DNA from: an uncultured Bacilli bacterium
GTDB lineage: Bacteria > Bacillota_I > Bacilli_A > RF39 > UBA660
Reading direction: 5' to 3'
NCBI GenBank assembly: GCA_934096735.1
Contig: CAKOMS010000004.1
Location: forward strand, 1 to 59,633
DNA: 59,633 nucleotides
Part shown: in pieces, positions 20,148 through 27,772 of the stretch
Numbering within the stretch: the stretch's first letter is position 1
Layout: the number at the start of each line of letters is the position of its first letter
Position numbers and translations under genes: made by a program
Notes under the pieces: generated by a model
The model's database searches: none
Told to the model about the DNA's origin: nothing
Seen by the model: only the letters and a program-made list of their open reading frames with translations

Positions 20148-21290
20148 TTAAACTATCTTTCTATATAATTGAAATTCCTCTAAAGTAACATTTTTAATAT
20201 TTGCAAGTTCACTAACACTCATAATTTGATAACCTTTACTATATAAAATTGGTAATAATTCAGAAATAGCTAAAACAGTACTATCATAAGAATCATGAAA
20301 TAACACGATATCACCATCTTTAATATTATTAATAACATAATTTACAATATAATCTTTATTTCTATGTTTCCAATCTTTTGTATCTAAACTCCAAAGTATA
20401 TAACTAACAGGTACTAATCCCATTTGAGTAGTTTTAATTACTCCATAAGGAGGTCTATAATACTTTAATGGTTCATTAAATATATGCTTATATATATCAC
20501 TAACCATATTAAAATCTTTTATAAACCCTTGATCACTTACTTTAGACATATTATCATGTTTATAAGAATGACTTCCTACTTCACTTTTACTAGACTTTAT
20601 ACTATACAAAATATCTTTATTATTTAAAACCTTTTCTCCAACAACAAAAAATGTTGCAGAAAAATGATTATCATTAAGTAAAGATAATATTTTTTCAGTT
20701 TTTCCTTTATTTGGACTATCATCAAAAGTAAATGCTACAGATTTTTTTAAATTACTATAGTTATACCCATCTTCGTTTTCATACTTGCTATCTAAAATAA
20801 CAGTAAAATTAATATAGTCTTTTATCTCATTATAATTTACTCTTAAAAATAAAGTATCATTTAAACTAGGATTTATTTTATAATTGCTAAAATATATAAC
20901 AAGTTCATTATCTTTAAATAAATAAGACATTTTTACATCTTCTTTAATTAAAGCTTCATACACAAACCTTGGGTACTTAAGTAACAAGAGTTCTTTTATT
21001 TTATTATTATAATCATTTATGTACTCTATTTTTATCAAATCTTCTATAGACATCTCTTCATTAGTATTATAATCATATATTTTACTCATAAAATTATTTT
21101 CTTCATCTTTATATAAATAACTAGTAAAGCTTTTAGACACTTCACTTTTTTCTACTAAAGTATATTTTGTATCTTTATAATAACAAATTGATTCATCAAA
21201 CCTTTTTTTAGATACACTTGTATATGTAACTGCATTTAATACTACAAAAACAATAATTAATAATTTAATCAACAAAAATTTTTCTTTCAT
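20148..21290 (-). CDS. polysaccharide deacetylase (NodB domain) with N-terminal anchor and extra domain
   Basis: VAFTFDDSP...ATFFVVG, GSHSYKH, RPPYG, LFHD motifs in the C-terminal half. Confidence 0.85.
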   Translation of the reverse strand: MKEKFLLIKLLIIVFVVLNAVTYTSVSKKRFDESICYYKDTKYTLVEKSEVSKSFTSYLYKDEENNFMSKIYDYNTNEEMSIEDLIKIEYINDYNNKIKELLLLKYPRFVYEALIKEDVKMSYLFKDNELVIYFSNYKINPSLNDTLFLRVNYNEIKDYINFTVILDSKYENEDGYNYSNLKKSVAFTFDDSPNKGKTEKILSLLNDNHFSATFFVVGEKVLNNKDILYSIKSSKSEVGSHSYKHDNMSKVSDQGFIKDFNMVSDIYKHIFNEPLKYYRPPYGVIKTTQMGLVPVSYILWSLDTKDWKHRNKDYIVNYVINNIKDGDIVLFHDSYDSTVLAISELLPILYSKGYQIMSVSELANIKNVTLEEFQLYRKIV

Positions 21291-21380
21291 AATTCATCTT
21301 TATTAGTATGTTCCGTATTTAAAAATACATTTACAAAATTATTTTTTTTAATTATAATTTAAATAAATGAGAGGGAGAAT

Positions 21381-21866
21381 ATGAGAAGAGACAAAACAAA
21401 TTACTACTTAGATATTGCTGAAACAGTAATTGAAAGAGGAACGTGTATAAGAAGAAACTTCGGAGCAGTTATTGTAAAAAATGACGAAATTATTTCAACT
21501 GGTTACGTCGGAGCTCCAAGAGGAAGAAAAAATTGTTGCGATATGAATATGTGTATTCGTGAAAAGTTAGAAATTCCAAGAGGTGAAAGATATGAGCTTT
21601 GTAGAAGTGTCCATGCAGAACAAAATGCAATTATATCAGCTTCAAGAGAAAAAATGATTGGAGCATCTTTATATTTAGTTGGAAAAGATTATAAAACAAA
21701 AGAATATGTACAAAATGCAAGACCATGTGCATTATGCAAAAGAATGATTATTAATGCTGGTATAAAAGAAATCATAGTAAGAAATGATACAGATAATTAT
21801 GAAATTATACCTGTTAATGATTTTATTATAAATGATGAATCTTTAGAAGGAATTAAAGGTTATTAA
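21381..21866 (+). CDS. comEB: dCMP deaminase (ComEB-type)
   Basis: HAEQNAI and PCALCKRMIINAGI zinc motifs; 161 aa. Confidence 0.9.
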   Translation: MRRDKTNYYLDIAETVIERGTCIRRNFGAVIVKNDEIISTGYVGAPRGRKNCCDMNMCIREKLEIPRGERYELCRSVHAEQNAIISASREKMIGASLYLVGKDYKTKEYVQNARPCALCKRMIINAGIKEIIVRNDTDNYEIIPVNDFIINDESLEGIKGY

Positions 21867-21910
21867 TTTATTTTTTACTTTCTAATATTTTTTTCGTATT
21901 TTTTGAAAAA

Positions 21911-21939
21911 TTTACTTGAATTTTAAATATTATTATAGT
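21911..21939 (+). promoter_or_regulatory. promoter TTTACT-17-TATAGT upstream of the tRNA pair
   Basis: hexamers at 21911..21916 and 21934..21939. Confidence 0.5.
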
Positions 21940-21955
21940 ACAATTAGGAAGTAAT

Positions 21956-22032
21956 GGACCTCTAGCTCAGTTGGTTAGAGCATCCGGCTCATAACCGGGC
22001 GGTCGTAGGTTCGAGTCCTACGAGGTCCACCA
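21956..22032 (+). tRNA. tRNA with CAT anticodon (elongator Met or lysidine-modified Ile2)
   Basis: cloverleaf folded by hand: acceptor GGACCTC/GAGGTCC, D arm GCTC/GAGC, anticodon loop CT-CAT-AA, T arm GTAGG-TTCGAGT-CCTAC, encoded CCA. The GGACC... start resembles Firmicute Ile2 from memory; the isotype is not resolved. Confidence 0.92.
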
Positions 22033-22044
22033 TTTTTTATTTGT

Positions 22045-22128
22045 GCGTGTATGGCGGAATTGGTAGACGCGTTAGACTTAGGATCTAGTGGTTAATCCGT
22101 GGGGGTTCGAGTCCCTTTACACGCACCA
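22045..22128 (+). tRNA. tRNA-Leu (TAG anticodon), class II long variable arm
   Basis: acceptor GCGTGTA/TACACGC, anticodon stem TTAGA/TCTAG, loop CT-TAG-GA, long variable arm, T loop GGTTCGAGTCC, encoded CCA. Confidence 0.92.
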
Positions 22129-22143
22129 CTTAATGAATATTAT

Positions 22144-22166
22144 AGACTTTCAAAAGTCTTTTTTTA
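22144..22166 (+). terminator. intrinsic terminator after the tRNA pair
   Basis: AGACTTT-CA-AAAGTCT followed by T7. Confidence 0.6.
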
Positions 22167-22189
22167 TTTATATTTATAAATTTTTGTAT

Positions 22190-22214
22190 AAAAAAACTAG
22201 AAAATCATTTCTAG
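22190..22214 (-). terminator. intrinsic terminator after the 139-aa gene
   Basis: CTAGAAA-TGAT-TTTCTAG followed by T7 on the minus strand. Confidence 0.6.
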
Positions 22215-22216
22215 TA

Positions 22217-22636
22217 TTATTTATTTTGTAACATATTTAATAAATCAATTTTAAACATATCTTTTTGAGCATTAGCTTTTGAAATCATTATACCCTTATA
22301 AGTTGTAAGTTCTGACATATGACCTTCTAAAAGTATTTTTGAAGGAGTAATTGTCTCAAGCATAACTATTTCTTCATTATAATGAACAGTATAAACAAGC
22401 TTTACTTCTCCATGTATTTGAGTAAACATTTTATCACTTGGAAGTCTTAATTCATAAGTTTCAGTATTATCTTTTTTATTTGAACTAACTTTTTCACCAA
22501 CAAAATTTCCATTTCTTAAAGCTGGATAAAAATCAAAATTTAGTTTCTTAAAAGCAAGCATATTATACTTCTTTAAAGCTCTTTCTAACTTTCTAAATTC
22601 ATTCTCATTAACGTAATCTAAAACGTAACCTTTCAT
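22217..22636 (-). CDS. hypothetical 139-aa protein (orphan transcription unit)
   Basis: GGGGG RBS, own consensus promoter and terminator. The segment YELRLPSD....IHGEVKLVYTVHYNEEIVMLETI is faintly RelE/ParE-like; no family assigned. Confidence 0.6.
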   Translation of the reverse strand: MKGYVLDYVNENEFRKLERALKKYNMLAFKKLNFDFYPALRNGNFVGEKVSSNKKDNTETYELRLPSDKMFTQIHGEVKLVYTVHYNEEIVMLETITPSKILLEGHMSELTTYKGIMISKANAQKDMFKIDLLNMLQNK

Positions 22637-22662
22637 TTGTCATACCCCCTAATTACACTTAA

Positions 22663-22691
22663 AGTATAACACAAGTTAAATAAAATGTCAA
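22663..22691 (-). promoter_or_regulatory. promoter TTGACA-17-TATACT with TGn extension
   Basis: -35 rc of 22686..22691; -10 rc of 22663..22668, preceded by TGT. Confidence 0.6.
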
Positions 22692-22763
22692 CATTTGTAT
22701 AATCATTTACTTTTTTAAGACATTTTGAAAAATAATTGATACAATTAAATGTAAAACATTTTA

Positions 22764-22795
22764 CAAAAAAACAATCATTTCAAATAAACGATTGT
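22764..22795 (-). terminator. intrinsic terminator overlapping the Smr gene stop
   Basis: ACAATC-13 nt loop-GATTGT followed by T6-7 on the minus strand. Confidence 0.5.
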
Positions 22796-23020
22796 CTCTC
22801 CTAAATTCCAATTATTTAAGTTAAAACTCTTAACATGTTCTAACTCTCTGAGTACGTTATGACATTCATTAGTAAGTATATTAGTACTCTTACCATGAAT
22901 AATAATTATTTCTTTATTACCCATTTTATAATTATCATTAACAAATTCTTTTACTAAAGTATATACCATCGATGCCTCTTCTCCGTGTAAATCAAGTCTT
23001 GGAGTCTTACTAGTTAACAT
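22775..23020 (-). CDS. stand-alone Smr domain protein
   Basis: LDLHG...IIIHGKS...; 81 aa; overlaps the upstream kinase gene by 11 nt. Confidence 0.8.
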   Translation of the reverse strand: MLTSKTPRLDLHGEEASMVYTLVKEFVNDNYKMGNKEIIIIHGKSTNILTNECHNVLRELEHVKSFNLNNWNLGETIVYLK

Positions 23021-24041
23021 TTGTATTTGTTACTTCACTTTCTGTTGTACTTGTATTATTTACAGTATTACTTGTACTACTAACTGTAGTATTCATATTA
23101 ACTGTTTTATCATTCATAGTATTATTAGGATTATTCTCTTTTCCAAATTTTCCATCATAATAAGTAGAAACCTCTGTAAGTGTAGGTATAGATAATCTTC
23201 CAGTATATTTAGTTGTACTAAAAGATGCTGCTATAGTTGCATAACAAATACTCTTCTCAAGTCCAAAATTTCTTCCTATACTATATGCAAAAGCTCCTAA
23301 AAAGATATCCCCAGCATCTGTTGTATCTTGTACTTCTACTCTAACTGGTGGCATTATTTTAACTTGTCCATTAATAGAATAAACACATCCTTTTTCTCCT
23401 AAACAAATAAGCACCTCTGATGTACCAAATCTTTGTTTAATAGTATTAAATGCATTTACAATAGTGCTAGCATTATTAAAATCAATAGAAATCTTAGTAA
23501 ACTCTTCTGCAACTTTTTTATTAAATATAATATACTTAGACAATTTCCCAACTTCAATTAAATCACTAGTTACACCACTAGCATACAAAAAAGTAATTGC
23601 ATTAGGATTTCTATCATAACTAACAAGTGTAGCATTTCTATCAGTTAAGTCTGAAATAATTATATCACTTTCTACATTACCATTAAATTTCTTTAAATAC
23701 ACATTATTAGTAAGATCAAAAACAGTTTTTTCTCTTGTAGTTTTATTAACGGTAATAAATTTCATCCCCGTTGGTTTATCAAAAACAGTTTCAAGATAAT
23801 CTATTTTTACTCCAATATTTTCAAATTCCTTTTTTATTTTATTAGCGGTATCATCTGCTCCCATAACTGCTGCTATATAACTTTCTACTCCCCATTTACC
23901 AAGTAAATAAGCAACATTACCAGCTTTTCCACCACCACACTCATATTTTTCTTGAACTACAATAGTACTACCCTCTACTATATTTTCATTAATAGGACTA
24001 GTAATCTCTAAACAACTTCTTCCTATAGATAATGCCTTCAT
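23010..24041 (-). CDS. PfkB-family carbohydrate/nucleoside kinase with N/T-rich C-terminal tail
   Basis: GGKAGNVA (GG motif) and DTTDAGDIFLGAF (DTxGAGD); last ~45 aa are low complexity. Confidence 0.85.
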   Translation of the reverse strand: MKALSIGRSCLEITSPINENIVEGSTIVVQEKYECGGGKAGNVAYLLGKWGVESYIAAVMGADDTANKIKKEFENIGVKIDYLETVFDKPTGMKFITVNKTTREKTVFDLTNNVYLKKFNGNVESDIIISDLTDRNATLVSYDRNPNAITFLYASGVTSDLIEVGKLSKYIIFNKKVAEEFTKISIDFNNASTIVNAFNTIKQRFGTSEVLICLGEKGCVYSINGQVKIMPPVRVEVQDTTDAGDIFLGAFAYSIGRNFGLEKSICYATIAASFSTTKYTGRLSIPTLTEVSTYYDGKFGKENNPNNTMNDKTVNMNTTVSSTSNTVNNTSTTESEVTNTNVN

Positions 24042-24087
24042 ATCACACCATACCTTCTTTTATAATTATACAATAATATATATTTTT

Positions 24088-24423
24088 TTAAAAGAGTGAT
24101 TTAATAACTTGAACAAATATTTTCATACCCTTTGTAGCCAAATTCTCAATGCCCTTAGTTACGCTATCCCCAAACTTAGAAAACTTATTAGAATAATCTT
24201 TTCTATCATCATCTAAAAAACTAGTAATAGATACTTCTTCCCCATTATTAATCTTTTCTTCAAACTTTTTTATTCCTTCCTCAGTTATTGTAGTCTTCTC
24301 TCTTATTTTAGTTTCATAATATCCACTAATATTTGCTATAAAAAGTGCAATATATATTATAAATAAAGCAACTAAAATCTTAAGTATAGGATGCAATTTC
24401 TTTTTTTTACCCATCATTATCAT
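24088..24423 (-). CDS. small membrane protein (1 TM)
   Basis: 111 aa, N-terminal TM; overlaps the spoIIP stop, suggesting co-transcription. Confidence 0.5.
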   Translation of the reverse strand: MIMMGKKKKLHPILKILVALFIIYIALFIANISGYYETKIREKTTITEEGIKKFEEKINNGEEVSITSFLDDDRKDYSNKFSKFGDSVTKGIENLATKGMKIFVQVIKSLF

Positions 24424-25363
24424 CCTTTATATATTTATATAAAATATCTGCAAAAACTTTAAGAGTATTATTAACTTCCGAAATATTATTATACTGTCCC
24501 CCAACTTCAACAAGTATCGTATTAGGATTAAAATCTTGATTATAAACTCCATTAACTTTTTTACCACTTTTCTTCATAATTCCTCTAAATAAATTAGGAT
24601 TATATTCTTTTATCAAATCAGCAAGTTTATTAGCCATTTCTAAATTACTTTCATAATTTTTATTATCAAGTCCAATAACAAATAATAATCTTGCATAATC
24701 TTCCCCATCAATATTAATAACTGTTTCTTTATAAACAGAAGAATCTCTATGAAAATCTATAAAATATTTTAAATTATTATTATTCTTATAAGCTTCTTCC
24801 ATAAACATTCTAGATACTTTATAACTATATCCATATTTTTTCTTTTTCTTTCTAACTTCATCTGCAATACTTTTTTCTTCTAAAGTAACTTTAATACCCA
24901 AATTTTCTAAATACTCCTTTAGTATTTTAGAAGCACTTTTAACAGTAGGTTTAATATTATATGGTTTTAACATACCACTACTATAAGCTTCTTCATCATG
25001 GGTACTATAAATATACACAATCGGATTGTCTAGATTATTTTCTTTATTAAGAACATTTTCTTTTATAACTGGTGAGTCATCATTATCACCATCATTATTT
25101 ATAACTACCTCATCTTTATTATTTAAAGAAAGATGATTACCAGTACTATATTTAAACAAAGTCTTTATATTAACAAAATTAGTATCAAAACTAAATAAAT
25201 TATTACTTAATAACGCTTGTATTATACCCTCTTCACCCATACGACTATTTTTATACAAATATTTCACTGAAAAAATAATACTTACAAAAAATAACATCAC
25301 AATTAAAATGAGTCTAGTATTTTTTTTTGCTTTAAATTTTCTCATAACATTCACCACATACAT
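24407..25363 (-). CDS. spoIIP: stage II sporulation protein P (SpoIIP family amidase/endopeptidase)
   Basis: N-terminal TM; IYSTHDEEAY, FIDFHRDS, ILVEVGGQYN motifs typical of SpoIIP. Confidence 0.8.
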   Translation of the reverse strand: MYVVNVMRKFKAKKNTRLILIVMLFFVSIIFSVKYLYKNSRMGEEGIIQALLSNNLFSFDTNFVNIKTLFKYSTGNHLSLNNKDEVVINNDGDNDDSPVIKENVLNKENNLDNPIVYIYSTHDEEAYSSGMLKPYNIKPTVKSASKILKEYLENLGIKVTLEEKSIADEVRKKKKKYGYSYKVSRMFMEEAYKNNNNLKYFIDFHRDSSVYKETVINIDGEDYARLLFVIGLDNKNYESNLEMANKLADLIKEYNPNLFRGIMKKSGKKVNGVYNQDFNPNTILVEVGGQYNNISEVNNTLKVFADILYKYIKDDNDG

Positions 25364-25430
25364 TATATAAAATTAGTATTAAAAAAAATGTCAATTAATG
25401 TTATAATTCAATTAGAAAGGCTATAATAAT

Positions 25431-26411
25431 ATGATTTATCCAAACTTTTTAAAAAATAAAGATATAATAGGCATAACTGCTCCTTCAAATAGTATCTCTG
25501 ATAACATTGAATTATATTCTTTAGCTAAAAATAATTTAAAAAAACATTTTAAAATAGTTGAAACAAAATCAATTTATAGTAATAAAAATCCTAGTAACAC
25601 AAAAGAAGAACGTGCAAAAGAATTTAATAGTCTTCTAAAAAATAATGACATAAATATGATTTTATCATTACGTGGTGGAGACTACTTAATAGATATGCTA
25701 CCACTAATAAACTATCGGCTTCTTTTAAAAAATCCCAAATGGATTGTAGGTTACAGTGATCCCACTTCAATTTTATACACAATTACAGCTAAATATGACA
25801 TTGCAACAATTTATGGAGTAAATGCAACTTCATTTAGTCAACAAAGATTACACAAAAGTTTAAAAGATGCCATATTATTATTTAAAGGTAATTTAATAAA
25901 TCAAGAAAGTTTTGAAAAATATGAGGGAATTAAAAATGATTTACCTAAATATATACTAACAGATAAAGTAAATATGAATTTTTATAATATCAAAAATGAT
26001 ACTTACACTGGAAGATGTTTAGGAGGTTGTATCGATGTAATAAAAGACATAATAAAAACTCCATATGATGGAACAGATAAATTTATAAAAAAATATAAAG
26101 ATGACAAAATAATATGGTATTTTGATGTATTTTCATTAAGCAGTGAAGAATTATTTAGAACACTATGGCAAATGAAAGAATTAAATTATTTTAAATACAC
26201 ATCACTTATAATCTTTGGAAGAATTTGTATTGAATCTTCTTTTACGAGTACACCATACGATACACTAATAAAAGAAATTCTTGAAGATATACCATTTATT
26301 ACTGATGCAGACATTGGACATATAAAACCATCATTCACCTTAATTAATGGTAGTTTAATGACAGTAAATATAAATAAAGATAAAATAAATATAAGTTTCT
26401 CCCTAAAATAA
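25431..26411 (+). CDS. LD-carboxypeptidase (peptidase S66, LdcA/MccF-like)
   Basis: GYSDPTS nucleophile motif, C-terminal DIGH; 326 aa. Confidence 0.85.
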   Translation: MIYPNFLKNKDIIGITAPSNSISDNIELYSLAKNNLKKHFKIVETKSIYSNKNPSNTKEERAKEFNSLLKNNDINMILSLRGGDYLIDMLPLINYRLLLKNPKWIVGYSDPTSILYTITAKYDIATIYGVNATSFSQQRLHKSLKDAILLFKGNLINQESFEKYEGIKNDLPKYILTDKVNMNFYNIKNDTYTGRCLGGCIDVIKDIIKTPYDGTDKFIKKYKDDKIIWYFDVFSLSSEELFRTLWQMKELNYFKYTSLIIFGRICIESSFTSTPYDTLIKEILEDIPFITDADIGHIKPSFTLINGSLMTVNINKDKINISFSLK

Positions 26412-26420
26412 ATAATTTTG

Positions 26421-26449
26421 TTGCACAATCATATATTTTTTGATAAAAT
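26421..26449 (+). promoter_or_regulatory. promoter TTGCAC-17-TAAAAT with TGn extension, upstream of rpsT
   Basis: hexamers at 26421..26426 and 26444..26449, TGA immediately before the -10. Confidence 0.55.
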
Positions 26450-26477
26450 TAATATGAATTTTTAAGGAGGGATTAAA

Positions 26478-26741
26478 TTGCCAAATATCAAAAGTTCTAA
26501 AAAAGCTGTTAAAGTTATCGCTAAAAAAACAGATGAAAATCATGAACTTAAAGCTAGAGTTAAAAATTTAATTAAGGCTTGTGAAAAAGAAATAGCAAGC
26601 GGATCTCAAGAATCTGCAACTAAAGTATTTAAAGATTTACAAAAAAATATTGACAAAGCTTTCCAAAAAGGCTTAATTAAAGAAAATAAAGTAAATCGTG
26701 AAAAGAAAAGATTAAATAGCAAAATCAAAGATATGAAGTAG
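26478..26741 (+). CDS. rpsT: 30S ribosomal protein S20 (TTG start)
   Basis: (M)PNIKSSKKAVKV...; AGGAGGG RBS; 87 aa basic protein. Confidence 0.93.
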   Translation: MPNIKSSKKAVKVIAKKTDENHELKARVKNLIKACEKEIASGSQESATKVFKDLQKNIDKAFQKGLIKENKVNREKKRLNSKIKDMK

Positions 26742-26762
26742 TTTACTACTTTCTTTTTTTTT
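26736..26762 (+). terminator. intrinsic terminator after rpsT
   Basis: AAGTAG-TTTA-CTACTT followed by a T-rich run (TCTTTTTTTTT). Confidence 0.6.
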
Positions 26763-26796
26763 GCTAAAATGTATCTATAACAAGGAAAGTGATTAA

Positions 26797-27750
26797 ATGA
26801 AAAAATATATATTACCTCTTTTCTGCTACTTATTTATACTACTAGCATTATTTAATATAAATAAAATAACAGATTATTTAGCAAAAAGTTTATCTGGTAG
26901 TCATAAATTAACAATCGAAAAAGGAAATGATTACACAAAAGATTATGATTTTTTATTTTTACAAAATAGTAAAGATTATATACCTTATTCATATAGTGAT
27001 TTACTTAACATAGTTTATAGTGTCATAAATCAAGGATGGAATGAATTTACCTTTTATTGTCCTAGTGAATATGCAGATTGTGTTAAGGATATAACAAAAC
27101 TTACTAAAGATGAACTAACACTTACTCACGTAAACAACTTTGTACATCCATTCAATAGTTTTAATACTCTAAGTACAAGTATTACAGAGTCTGGTGAAAT
27201 AACTTTAAATATTAAATATTTATATACAAAAAAAGAAATAGATTATATAAATAATTATATAAATACTACTATTATTGATTTAATAAAAGATACGAATGAC
27301 GACTACGAAAAATTAAAAAAAATACATGATTATATAATAAATAATACTAAATATGATATAAAAAGAAATGATTCAGGAGAAAGTGATTATGAATCTTATA
27401 ATGCTTATGGTACTATTAAAAACGGTTATGCAACATGTAATGGATATGCAGATTTAATGGCCATTATATTATCTAAATTAAATTATGAAAATTATAAAAT
27501 AGCCACTACTAAAGAAGAAATAAGCTATGAATCTAATGGACATATTTGGAATGCTGTAAAAATTGATAATAAATGGAAACATTTAGATCTTACTTGGGAT
27601 GATCCCGTAGGAAAAGATGGAAAAGACTATTTATATCATAAATATTTCTTAGTATCAACTGAAGAATTAATTGCATCAGATGCTGGTAATGTAAACATTG
27701 AAGAACACAATTTTAACAAAGCAATTTATATGGAATTTAAAAACAGTTAA
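26797..27750 (+). CDS. membrane-anchored transglutaminase-like (cysteine protease fold) protein
   Basis: catalytic-triad-like GYATCNGYADL ... GHIWNAV ... DLTWDD; N-terminal TM. Confidence 0.8.
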   Translation: MKKYILPLFCYLFILLALFNINKITDYLAKSLSGSHKLTIEKGNDYTKDYDFLFLQNSKDYIPYSYSDLLNIVYSVINQGWNEFTFYCPSEYADCVKDITKLTKDELTLTHVNNFVHPFNSFNTLSTSITESGEITLNIKYLYTKKEIDYINNYINTTIIDLIKDTNDDYEKLKKIHDYIINNTKYDIKRNDSGESDYESYNAYGTIKNGYATCNGYADLMAIILSKLNYENYKIATTKEEISYESNGHIWNAVKIDNKWKHLDLTWDDPVGKDGKDYLYHKYFLVSTEELIASDAGNVNIEEHNFNKAIYMEFKNS

Positions 27751-27772
27751 TTATTCGTTAACTGTTTTATTT
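27738..27772. terminator. bidirectional terminator between convergent genes
   Basis: AACAGTTAA-7 nt loop-TTAACTGTT with T-runs on both strands; overlaps both stop codons. Confidence 0.7.

Noticed and set aside
21956-22800. Possible integrated element at the tRNA-Met/Ile and tRNA-Leu genes
   Set aside because: No integrase was found, I spotted no direct repeat of a tRNA 3' end, and only one small orphan gene follows before ordinary genes resume.
23010-23160. N/T-rich low-complexity tail on the PfkB kinase, overlapping the Smr gene start
   Set aside because: Asn/Thr-rich tails are common by-products of extreme AT bias. No repeat structure or motif was seen.
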